NCBI GenBank assembly: GCA_963749495.1 | Contig: CAVVMW010000001.1 | Coordinates: forward strand, 448,001-512,000 | From: an uncultured bacterium | GTDB lineage: Bacteria; Verrucomicrobiota; Verrucomicrobiia; Limisphaerales; UBA8199 | DNA length: 64,000 nucleotides | Direction: 5' to 3' | Part shown: in pieces, positions 40,786-49,655 of the stretch | Layout: every line of letters begins with the position of its first letter | How positions within the stretch are numbered: position 1 is the first letter of the stretch | The notes under the pieces: model-generated | Seen by the model: the letters and a program-made list of their open reading frames with translations, nothing else | Told to the model about the DNA's origin: nothing | Databases searched by the model: none | Position numbers and translations under genes: made by a program

Positions 40786-40955
40786 GAAGCCAATCGTTCT
40801 TCGACCTCCTCATGTGAGACGACTTGGCCCGCCTCAGACGCAGCCTTGGCGCGCCGCAACGCTGCCACAATGGCAACATCTTGGCTGATTTCCTCCAGGG
40901 TAGCTGTCTCTGGAAGCTTTCGGATGGCCTCAAGGGCAGCTTCTTTGTCGCTCAT
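40770..40955 (-). CDS. Antitoxin for RelE/ParE toxin (intact)
   Basis: 61 aa MSDKEAALEAIRKLPETATLEEI...GQVVSHEEVEERLASW; overlaps toxin start. Confidence 0.85.
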   Translation of the reverse strand: MSDKEAALEAIRKLPETATLEEISQDVAIVAALRRAKAASEAGQVVSHEEVEERLASWTTK

Positions 40956-41048
40956 GTCTGCAACTTAGGCTTCTGGCCAGAGGATGGCAAGCCTTCATGG
41001 CCGCTGTGTTGCGATTCAAACTGTCGGTCAGCCCACGGCGCCTTCTTG

Positions 41049-41235
41049 CCCCGAAGGGGCCTCCGACAATAGCCCGGCGTTTCAACGCCGGGTGAACGGA
41101 CCCAAGGAGCAGGTCCGTCCCGAAGGGACGGCCGAAAGCAACGAGCCCTCTCGGGCGTCCCTTCGGGACGAGGGTCCCTTTTGCGGCCTGCCCGGCGTTG
41201 AAACGCCGGGCTATTGTCAGGTGTCCCTCCGGGAC
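41049..41235. repeat. Composite palindromic element (family E)
   Basis: GACAATAGCCCGGCGTTTCAACGCCGGG ... GTCCCGAAGGGAC / GTCCCTTCGGGAC ... CCCGGCGTTGAAACGCCGGGCTATTGTC. Confidence 0.88.
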
Positions 41236-41263
41236 AAAACTCCCGAGGCAGCCCGGCCGTTAT

Positions 41264-41314
41264 TCACCCGCGCAGCGTCAATAACCGGGCGCGCGGCAAA
41301 AAACCAAATTCCTA
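41264..41314. repeat. Right copy of 50-bp imperfect direct repeat
   Basis: TCACCCGCGCAGCGTCAA-N9-GCGCGGCAAAAAACCAAATTCCTA. Confidence 0.8.
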
Positions 41315-41343
41315 TGAGTTCTTTCAGTATCAGTCTATCAGTT

Positions 41344-42222
41344 TCACCGTCCGAGCAGCTCCCGGACCTTGGCGGCGGGGTCGGCCTGGCGCATGAGCGA
41401 TTCGCCCACGAGGATGGCGCGCGCCCCGCACCGGGCCAGGCGCTGGACGTCGCCGCGCGTGTGGATGCCGCTCTCGGCAACCAGGAGGCGCGGGAGGCGC
41501 GGGGCCGGGGCCGTCGCGGCTCGTGGGCCGAACAACCTGGCCGCCAGCCGCTCGGTCGTGGCCAGGTCCACTTCGAACGTCTTGAGGTTCCGGTTGTTCG
41601 CGCCGATGAGCCGGGCGCCGGCGTCCAGGGCGCGGGCCAGTTCCGGCTCGTCATGGACCTCGACCAGCGCGTCCAGGCCCGCGCCCGAGGCCAGGCCGTG
41701 CAAATGCCGCAGTTGGGCGTCCCCCAAAATCGCCACGATGAGCAGGATGGCATCCGCTCCCCATTCGACCGCCTCGAGGATCTGCCGCTCGTCGAGGATG
41801 AAATCCTTGCGCAGCAACGGCAGCTTCACTGCAGCCCGGATTTGCTCCAGGCACTCCAGCGACCCCTGGAAAAACTTCCGATCCGTCAGCACCGACAGGC
41901 AGCTTGCGCCCGCCGCCTCGTACTGGCAGGCGATGCGCACCGGGTCGAAATCGGGCCGTATCAACCCGGCCGAGGGGGAGGCCCTCTTGACCTCGGCAAT
42001 CAGGGCCACGGCGGGGCAAGTCTCCCGCTCCCCTAGGGAGGATGGCGGCCTCGAATTCACCGAAAGCCCGCCGCCAGTGCCCGCAACCAGCGCGCCCAAA
42101 AAGTCACGGCGTCCACCCCGCGCCTCCAGCGCGCCGCGCAGCATCGAGACCGAAACGGCGCGTTGCGGCAAAGCCGCCACCTCCCGCCGCTTCTCGTCAA
42201 CGATGGTGTCGAGGATGGTCAT
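41344..42222 (-). CDS. trpC: Indole-3-glycerol phosphate synthase
   Basis: IAEVKRASPSAG, SVLTD..FFQGS, LLRKDFI, LVEVH, GANNRNL, VAESGI and LVGESLM. Confidence 0.97.
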   Translation of the reverse strand: MTILDTIVDEKRREVAALPQRAVSVSMLRGALEARGGRRDFLGALVAGTGGGLSVNSRPPSSLGERETCPAVALIAEVKRASPSAGLIRPDFDPVRIACQYEAAGASCLSVLTDRKFFQGSLECLEQIRAAVKLPLLRKDFILDERQILEAVEWGADAILLIVAILGDAQLRHLHGLASGAGLDALVEVHDEPELARALDAGARLIGANNRNLKTFEVDLATTERLAARLFGPRAATAPAPRLPRLLVAESGIHTRGDVQRLARCGARAILVGESLMRQADPAAKVRELLGR

Positions 42223-42422
42223 TGGTCATTGGTCATTCTGCCCGTCGGACCGGTCTGACGAGTCGGACCGGTCAGACTGGTCCGCATTCGTCATTCGTCA
42301 TTCGTCATTCCGCCCTCCGCCCTCCGCCCTCGGCACGCGGCATTCCGCGCTCGATCCGCGTCCCCACTCGCCCGAGGCGTCGCCCGGCTCCATTCCGCAT
42401 TCCGCACTCCGCATTCCGCACT
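42217..42422. repeat. Mosaic of short tandem repeats between prfB and trpC
   Basis: (GGTCATT)3, GTCGGACCGGTC(T/A)GAC x2, (CATTCGT)3, (CGCCCTC)3 and (CA(T/C)TCCG)4. Confidence 0.85.
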
Positions 42423-42427
42423 CGTCG

Positions 42428-43574
42428 TCACTCCTCCTCGTCCCTGACGCCCTGCACGCGTTTGGAAGGGCAGCCGGCGCGGAGCCAGGCCTTGACGAAT
42501 GCGTCCAGGTCACCGTCCATCACGGCCTGGACGTTGCTGGTTTGGACGCCGGTGCGCAGGTCTTTGACCATGCGGTAGGGCTGGAGGACGTAGCTGCGGA
42601 TCTGGTGGCCCCAGGAAATGCTGCCCTTCTCGCCGTAAAACCGTTCCATCTCGGCCTTCTGGGCGTCCTGCCGCTGGGCGTAGATCTTCGAGAGCAGCAT
42701 CTTCATGGCGGTGGCGCGGTTCTGGTGCTGGGAGCGCTGGTTTTGCGAGGCGGCCACGATGCCAGTGGGCAGGTGAGTGATGCGCACGGCGGTCTCGACC
42801 TTGTTGACGTTTTGCCCGCCTTTGCCGCCGGAACGGTAGGTGTCGACCTTCAGTTCGGCGGGCGGGATGACCACCTCCGAGGAGGTCTCCTCGATTTCGG
42901 CAATCACGTCCACGCTGGCGAAGCTGGTGTGCCGCCGTTTGTTGGCGTCGAAAGGCGAGAGCCGCACCAGGCGGTGCACACCGCGCTCGGCCTTGCTGTA
43001 GCCGTAGGCATACTCCCCCGTGACCACCAGGGTCGCGCTTTTGATGCCGGCGGTTTCGCCTGGCAGCACGTCCGTGAGCTCGATCTGCCAGCCGCGCGAC
43101 TCCGCCCACCGCTGGTACATGCGCATGAGCATGTTCGCCCAGTCGCACGATTCGGTCCCGCCCGCCCCGGCGTTGATGCTCAGGATGCAGTTGCTCTTGT
43201 CGTGGGGCCCGCCCAGGAAGACCCTCAACTCCAGAGACCCCAGTTCCTTGAAGAACGAACCGAGGTCCCGCTCCAGTTCCGCCTGGACCTTGCCCTGGGC
43301 GGCCTCCGGCTCGGCCTCGCCCAACTCGGCCATCACGTGGAAGTCTTCCAGTTGCTTTTCGGCCTGGAGCAGGGGCTCGACCCGCTCGCGCAGGCCGTTG
43401 GACTCCTCGATCAGCTTTTGCGCCTGCTCCCGGTTGTTCCAGAAACCCTCCGCCGCCATCAGGCCGCTGATTTCGGCCAGGCGTTTCTGCGCCCCGGGCA
43501 CGTCAAAGAAACCTCCGCACGTGCGCCAGCTTGTCCCTCACCGTGGCCAACTCCGCTTTGATCGTGTCGAACAT
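42428..43574 (-). CDS. prfB: Peptide chain release factor 2 (programmed +1 frameshift)
   Basis: MFDTIKAEL...RRFL then CTT TGA C (43508-43502) with upstream GGAGG; SPF and GGQ motifs. Confidence 0.97.
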
Positions 43575-43643
43575 GAGGCGAATCTAGGTTGGAAGCAGAC
43601 CGCGCGCAAGCCAAAGGGGGCAGTTCAGCTTTGGGCAACCAGG

Positions 43644-43840
43644 GCCATTGACAAAATCCCTCGGCGCGCCGGTGCGCCAGGGGCGCCAGCGTAGCGCAGG
43701 TTTCCAAACCTGCTGTATCGCGGGTTTCCAAACCCGCAGGCCGACCGCAAACCTGGGGCGCTCGACATGCCGCCGCCCCGCCGATTGGAAATCGGCGATA
43801 CAGCAGGTTTGGAAACCTGCGCTACAACTTTGTCAACGGC
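43644..43840. repeat. GTAG-type REP doublet (family C) with outer inverted repeat
   Basis: GTAGCGCAGGTTTCCAAACCTGCTGTATCGC (43691) ... GCGATACAGCAGGTTTGGAAACCTGCGCTAC (to 43825); outer GCCATTGACAAA / TTTGTCAACGGC. Confidence 0.88.
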
Positions 43841-43904
43841 CCACGTTGGGCAACCCTGCTGTAATCTTTTGACATCCCCATCCCGCGGGGTCAAAGTAGC
43901 GATC

Positions 43905-45074
43905 ATGGATTGGAGCCAGCCTCCGAATTCTCCGCCCGTGGCGGGCGCCGTCGGCCAGGCCCTGGCGGAGGCCCTGGACCGCCACACCGCCCCCGGTGCT
44001 TTGTGGCGCGCCGAGGGCCGGGGCGTGCGTTGCCTGGCCTGCGGCCATCGCTGCCTGATCGCCCCGGGCCGGCGCGGCATCTGCAAGGTCCGCTTCAACG
44101 ACGCCGGTCAGTTGCGCGTCCCCTTCGGCTATGTCGCCGGGGTCCAGTGCGACCCGGTCGAGAAGAAGCCCTTCTACCATGTCTATCCCGGCAGCGACGC
44201 CCTCACCTTCGGGATGCTGGGTTGCGATTTCCATTGTTCCTATTGCCAGAATTGGGTCACCAGCCAGGCCCTGCGCGACCCCGCCTCGGCCACGCCGCTC
44301 CAGAGCGTAACGCCTGAGCAACTGGTCCGCAGCGGCCGGCGCTCGGGCGCGCGCCTGGTCGTCTCCAGCTACAACGAACCGCTCATCACCGCGGAATGGG
44401 CGGTGGCCGTTTTCCAGCAGGCCAAAGCGGCCGGCCTGGCCTGCGCCTTCGTCTCCAACGGCAATGCCACCGCCGAGGTCCTCGATTTTCTGCGTCCCTG
44501 GATCGTGGCCTACAAGGTCGATCTCAAGAGCTTCGACGACAAACGCTACCGTTCCCTGGGCGGCACGCTCGAGCATGTCACCAACGGCATCCGGATGGTC
44601 CATGAGCGCGGGCTCTGGCTGGAGATCGTGACCCTCCTGGTGCCCGGATTCAATGACAGCCAGGACGAGGTGCGCCAGATGGCCCGGTTCATCGCGTCGG
44701 TCAGCCCCGACATCCCCTGGCACGTCACCGCCTTCCACCAGGACTACAAAATGACCGCACCGCCCGACACGGCCGCGGCGCAACTGGTGCGCGCGGCCGA
44801 GATCGGCGCCCAAGAGGGCCTGCGCTTCGTCTATGCGGGCAACGCGCCGGGGCGCGTGGGCGGCTGGGAAAATACCTGGTGTCCGAAGTGCCGCCGGCTC
44901 CTGATAGCCCGCCTCGGCTACCTGGTCAGCGAGTACCACCTCACCCCGGCCGGGGAATGTCCGCAGTGCAGGACGCCCATTCCGGGCCTCTGGCCCGACC
45001 ACGCCGAGGACGTCCAAACCGGCCACGGCCTGGCCCAGCTTTGGGGCCGCCACCCCCGGGGCGTGGCCATCTAA
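43905..45074 (+). CDS. amrS: AmmeMemoRadiSam system radical SAM enzyme
   Basis: CLACGHRC..GICKVR, DPVEKKPFYH, GCDFHCSYCQNW, SYNEP, FVYAGN and TWCPKC. Confidence 0.93.
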   Translation: MDWSQPPNSPPVAGAVGQALAEALDRHTAPGALWRAEGRGVRCLACGHRCLIAPGRRGICKVRFNDAGQLRVPFGYVAGVQCDPVEKKPFYHVYPGSDALTFGMLGCDFHCSYCQNWVTSQALRDPASATPLQSVTPEQLVRSGRRSGARLVVSSYNEPLITAEWAVAVFQQAKAAGLACAFVSNGNATAEVLDFLRPWIVAYKVDLKSFDDKRYRSLGGTLEHVTNGIRMVHERGLWLEIVTLLVPGFNDSQDEVRQMARFIASVSPDIPWHVTAFHQDYKMTAPPDTAAAQLVRAAEIGAQEGLRFVYAGNAPGRVGGWENTWCPKCRRLLIARLGYLVSEYHLTPAGECPQCRTPIPGLWPDHAEDVQTGHGLAQLWGRHPRGVAI

Positions 45075-45100
45075 CCATGAACCCACCCAGAACCCGCACG

Positions 45101-45181
45101 GTTTTGGACTGCGGCAGTCCTCTGCCGCTTTTCCGACCCCAGCACGCACGAAAGCGCCAGAGGACTGGCGCAGTCCAAAAC
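45101..45181. repeat. Palindromic element family A, copy 3
   Basis: Same arms as 19826-19905; between amrS and amrB. Confidence 0.9.
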
Positions 45182-45252
45182 GCTTCGCGCCAGCCCTGCA
45201 CCCATCCAGTTGAAGATCCTCCTTTGCGTTTTCCAAACTCTGGAGGCGCCCC

Positions 45253-46110
45253 ATGAATGACCTCCAACTCACCGGCGTCCGGCCCCCTGCGGTGGCCGGG
45301 CAGTTCTATCCGGCCGACCCGGAGGAATTGCGGCGCCTGGTCAGGTCCTTGCTGGACGCTGTGCCGGCCTGTGCCGGACCGGCGCCCAAGGCGCTCATCG
45401 TGCCTCATGCCGGCTACCTCTTCTCCGGTCCGGTAGCCGCCTCGGCCTACGCCCTGCTGGCCCCGGCCCGCGACACCCTCCAGCGTGTCATCCTGCTGGG
45501 GCCGGCTCACCGGGTTGGCTTTGAGGGCCTGGCGCTGCCCTCGGTCACGGCCTTCGCGACGCCCCTGGGCACAGTGCCGGTGGATGTCCAGGCCCTTGGG
45601 CAACTGGCCGCCCTGCCCCAAATCCGCGTGTACGACAAAGCCCACGCCCTCGAGCACTCCCTGGAAGTCCAATTGCCCTTCCTCCAGAGCGTCCTGGCCG
45701 GCTTTGTCCTGGTCCCGCTGGCCGTCTCGGAGGCGGACGCCCAAGACATCAGCCAGGTCCTGGACTTGCTTTGGGGCGGGCCGGAGACCTGCATCGTCGT
45801 CAGCTCCGACCTCAGCCACTACTGCGCCCCGGACATCGCCCGGCAACTCGATAGCGAGACGGCCCGGGCCATCGAGGCCCTGGCGCCCGAAAAAATCTCG
45901 GAGCAGAACGCCTGCGGCCAGCGCCCGATTTGTGGCCTGCTCCAGGCCGCCCGCCGCCGCGGCCTGCGCGCCCGCACCCTGGACCTGCGCAACTCCGGCG
46001 ATACCGGCGGCCCACGCCACCAGGTCGTCGGCTACGGCGCCTTCGCGTTCGACCAACCCGGCGCGGGGCAGGCCGTTTTGCCGCTCGACGGACCGACGAC
46101 ACAAGCCTAA
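45253..46110 (+). CDS. amrB: AmmeMemoRadiSam system protein B (MEMO1 family)
   Basis: RPPAVAGQFYP, PHAGYLFSG, EHSLEVQLPFLQ, SSDLSHY, NSGD and VVGYGA. Confidence 0.95.
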   Translation: MNDLQLTGVRPPAVAGQFYPADPEELRRLVRSLLDAVPACAGPAPKALIVPHAGYLFSGPVAASAYALLAPARDTLQRVILLGPAHRVGFEGLALPSVTAFATPLGTVPVDVQALGQLAALPQIRVYDKAHALEHSLEVQLPFLQSVLAGFVLVPLAVSEADAQDISQVLDLLWGGPETCIVVSSDLSHYCAPDIARQLDSETARAIEALAPEKISEQNACGQRPICGLLQAARRRGLRARTLDLRNSGDTGGPRHQVVGYGAFAFDQPGAGQAVLPLDGPTTQA

Positions 46111-46119
46111 TGTCCCATC

Positions 46120-46317
46120 ATGGAAAAGAAAGTCGCGCGCGTGCTCAAAAAGCTCCGCCGCGTCCGCGGCCTGAGCCAGGACGAAAAATACCTCTTCGCC
46201 CGCAGCCTCGCCGCGACGCCCGACGAGCGGTGGCGGCTGCACCAGAACTATCTCCGCTCGGTCGGCTTATCAACGCGCTCGATGCAGAAGAAATACGGTT
46301 TGTTGTCATCGGAATGA
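46120..46317 (+). CDS. Small basic protein, putative partner of nucleotidyltransferase
   Basis: 65 aa with SLAATPDERWR; overlaps downstream gene. Confidence 0.6.
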   Translation: MEKKVARVLKKLRRVRGLSQDEKYLFARSLAATPDERWRLHQNYLRSVGLSTRSMQKKYGLLSSE

Positions 46318-46829
46318 CGGCGGCGGTGCTGCAAGGCGCGCCGGCCGCAACCTTCGATGTGGATCTCTGGATCGATCTGCCTTCGCGCCAATACATGCGC
46401 GCGATGAACGTGGCCCTGAAACTCGGCGCGCAAATGGTAGCCAACACTGTCGCGGTGTTGCCGGGTGATGTGACGATCAACTTTGTCTATTCGGTCACCG
46501 GGTTGAACCGCTTTCCAACCGAGTATCGAAATGCAACGAGGCTTGAGTGGATGGGACGCCGTGTCGCCGTCCTGCCTTTGGAGCGGATTCACAGAAGCAA
46601 GAGCGTTGTGGGCCGCCCCAAGGACCTGGCGCACTTGCCCCTCCTGGAGCAAGCGATGAAATTGCAGAGCCGCTTGCGACGCCGCAAAGGGGGCCAGCAG
46701 ATCGGTCAAAGCCGCAACAGGAATGCGGGCAAGGTCGTCCGGCGCGGAAAGCTTAAGGTCTGGACCAGTCCGGTGCCTTCCACGCCGATCGAGGAGGCCG
46801 TAGAGAAGGTGCGTCATTACGAGCGATGA
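46230..46829 (+). CDS. Nucleotidyltransferase-fold protein (putative TA component)
   Basis: FVVIGMTAAVLQG...TFDVDL and SK...GRPKDLAHL; GTG start at 46230 tentative; C-terminal ~45 aa look foreign. Confidence 0.75.
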   Translation: MAAAPELSPLGRLINALDAEEIRFVVIGMTAAVLQGAPAATFDVDLWIDLPSRQYMRAMNVALKLGAQMVANTVAVLPGDVTINFVYSVTGLNRFPTEYRNATRLEWMGRRVAVLPLERIHRSKSVVGRPKDLAHLPLLEQAMKLQSRLRRRKGGQQIGQSRNRNAGKVVRRGKLKVWTSPVPSTPIEEAVEKVRHYER

Positions 46830-49203
46830 CCTTTCTCGATGCCTCCGCAACCCCTCCCATTTCGCCCATGCCGCCCCTGAGTTGGCGGTGTGTGAACCCT
46901 GAGGGGAGAGGCGCGGCGCCTGCTCGGGACAATCATTGAGTCTGCCTTCCCCTGGTATTGCTGGATGAGCCGGGAGCTGGCTTCGACTTGTTCGGTGTCG
47001 CCGAGGGCGTGGGCAAGCTGGAGGGCTTTGCGGGCCGAGGCGAGGGCCTGTGGCAGGCGCCCGGCTTGGGCGTGGCCCCGCGAAAGGAAGAGGTGGAGTT
47101 CGGGGGAAGTGTCCAGGTCGGGCTGTTGCGCCTGCACAATTGAGTAATGGCTGAGTGACTCCTCGATCTTGCCTTGGGCCGCCAGGGCAATCGCGAGCAG
47201 GTAATGGGCCTGCAGGTGGTTGGGGTCGAATTCCAGGGCCTTGGCCAGGGCGCCGGAGGCTCCCGTGATGTCATCGTTGGCGAGCAACGCATCGCCCAGC
47301 GCGCAGTGCATAGCGGCGGCGGCGTACCGGCGGTCGAAGCCCGTCGGCAGGAGCCGCACCGCCTGGCGCAGGTGCTGGACAGCCGGGTCGAGTTGGCCCT
47401 GGTAGCGCAACGCCATGCCGAGGTCAAAATGGGCGCAACCGTCGTTCGGGTCCAGGCGCAACGCCTCGGTGGTGTGGCCCAGTCCTTCCTTGAACTGGTG
47501 TTTGACGTTGAAGAGCAGGCAACCCAGCCGCTGATGGGCGTGAGCGTTGCGGGGGTTGATTTGGAGGGCCTTTTGGTAGTCGACGATCGCGCCCTCCAGG
47601 TCGCCGCTCATTTCCAACACGTAGGCGGCGCGGGCGCGCGAGGAATCATCCAGAAACCGTTCTTGAATGGCCGCGATGGCGCCGGGTTCGGCATTGACGA
47701 ATTCAGGGATGTTGGCAGCGCGGTTGGGGGCGGTGAAATGGGCCAGGAGGACGGGCGGGGTGCTTCGTCCCTGCTCATCGATGTGGGTGAGGAACAATTG
47801 AGTATAGGGCGAGTTGGCCTTGGAGGAGAAGACGAGCCAGCGGCCGTTGGGCGACCAACTATGCCAGGAGTTCATGCGGGGTGTGTTGCAGCGGAGGCGG
47901 CGGGGCTCCCGCCGGCGGAGGGGATGATGTAGAGGGCGCTGTCGGGCTGGAGGAGCATGTAATTGCTGGCCTGGCAAAAGACAATCCATCGGCCGTCCGG
48001 GGAGTATTTCGGGAAGAAGTTGCTCTTGCCGTTGCGGGAGGCCCCGGGCAGGGGCTCGGCCTGGCCGCCGCGGCCATCGTTGTAGGGTATGCGGTAGAGA
48101 TCGAACTGGAACGGTTTGCCCCCCCGAAGAAACTCGTCGCAATCGGCCTGGCTCAGCAGGAGTTTGTCTTCGGCATCCTGGCTGCGCAACTGGTAGGCCC
48201 CCGTCCGGGCAAAGACGATGTACTGGCCGTCTGGGCTCCAAACCGGATTGCTTTGCACGTACTCCGGGTCGTCGGCGCCCGGCAACGAATCGAATTTGCC
48301 GGTGCTCGGGTGGTACACCACGAGGATGCCCCTGATGGGGAAGAACAGTTGCGAGAAGGCCAGGTCCGGTTTGGGGACAAAGACCGACTTGTCCTTGACG
48401 GTGCTGATGACGACCTGGCCGTCAGGCGAGACTTGGGAAAGCAGGCCGAAGGTCGGGCGCCGATCCTCGGGCTTATAGCTGCCCCAGGAGAAGATGTCGC
48501 TGGTGGCCAGGGTCATCTTGCGGGCCACCCGGGTGAGGACGTAGGACCCTTTGTCGTTGGCATAATCCACGTCCATGCCGAGCACATGGCCGTCGCGGGA
48601 AAAGGAATGGCAGTTGGCGCACACCGGGAGGGACTCGAGCACGACGGGCGGGGTCTGAGCGGAGGCAATGCTGCCGAAGCGCCAGCGGATGCGCGTGGGG
48701 TCTTTGACCGCATCCACGAAGGGCAGATTGACCTCGCGGTAGAATAGCGGCGCGGCAACCGTGTCTTTGGACGTGCTAAGCGAGACTTGGCCGCGGGACA
48801 GGATCTCCAGCGGGGCGGCGCGCCGAAACCCGAGCACCGTCACCGTGGCCGGCCTCTCCTGGGAACGCGCCTTGATCTGTTCCCAATCCTGCCGCCCCGG
48901 GGTCCATTCTGCCCGACGACTCAAGAAACACCAGCGGCCGGGCTGATTCTGAGCCTGATTCTGGTCTTGAAATCGGACCAGGACCAGCCATGAGTCTGCA
49001 CCGGCCTTGTCCTGCCACGAAAAGCAGGCGGGGACGATCTCCGGGGGAAAGACAGTGCCGTCCTGCGGGTACTGAATGGTCAGGGCGGGATAGCGGTTGG
49101 TTTCCTGGTAGGCGGCCACCGTCTGCTCCAGGGCTGGCCGGCGCGAACAGGAGACCAGGAAGAGCCCCATCGAAACACAAACCAGGCATGGCCAGCCGGA
49201 CAT
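46817..49203 (-). CDS. Lipoprotein with TolB/PD40 beta-propeller and C-terminal TPR repeats (apparent frameshift near 47910)
   Basis: LVSC lipobox-like, CANCH, repeated SPDG/SPNG motifs; TPR array in second frame. Confidence 0.85.
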
Positions 49204-49219
49204 GGTGCAGTTATATCAA

Positions 49220-49289
49220 AGGTGAATTGCTCTGGCAACGTGTAGAGGAACAGCTCGTAATCCTGCAATGTGAGCAGGGGATTGCTCAT
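49220..49289 (-). pseudogene. N-terminal stub of DUF6516/TumE-like TA partner
   Basis: MSNPLLTLQDYELFLYTLPEQF coupled by ATGA overlap; resemblance ends after about 22 codons. Confidence 0.45.
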
Positions 49290-49555
49290 GTCCGAGCGTG
49301 CATCAACCCAGCCAGGCCGCGTTGCTGCCGCTGCAAGCGACCAATCTCATTCCGATATTCCGCCTGCCGTGCCAGCCAGGTGCGATAGACACTCGCCCAT
49401 TCCGTGAAGTCCATTACCCACGCATCGTTCTCCGGCTCTTCGCCCTGAGCGTAGGAGGCATAGAAAACCTCGGAGCGAACGCCGTACTTCCGCTCGAACG
49501 AAAGCAATTCCTCCTCCAGCGCATGGATGTCAGCGAGCAGTTCTTGCGCGTTCAT
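49286..49555 (-). CDS. Small acidic antitoxin-like protein (TumA-like)
   Basis: L.SFERKYGVRSEVFY..Y..G...DFTEWA motif. Confidence 0.65.
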   Translation of the reverse strand: MNAQELLADIHALEEELLSFERKYGVRSEVFYASYAQGEEPENDAWVMDFTEWASVYRTWLARQAEYRNEIGRLQRQQRGLAGLMHART

Positions 49556-49655
49556 AACTTCCACACAACGTAGAATCGAGCCGGGTGAAAGCAAGGGTTT
49601 TGTACGGGGCCTGAATCTTTTCGTCGAAGCCCTGGCAAGTTCCGAGCGTCGGCCC

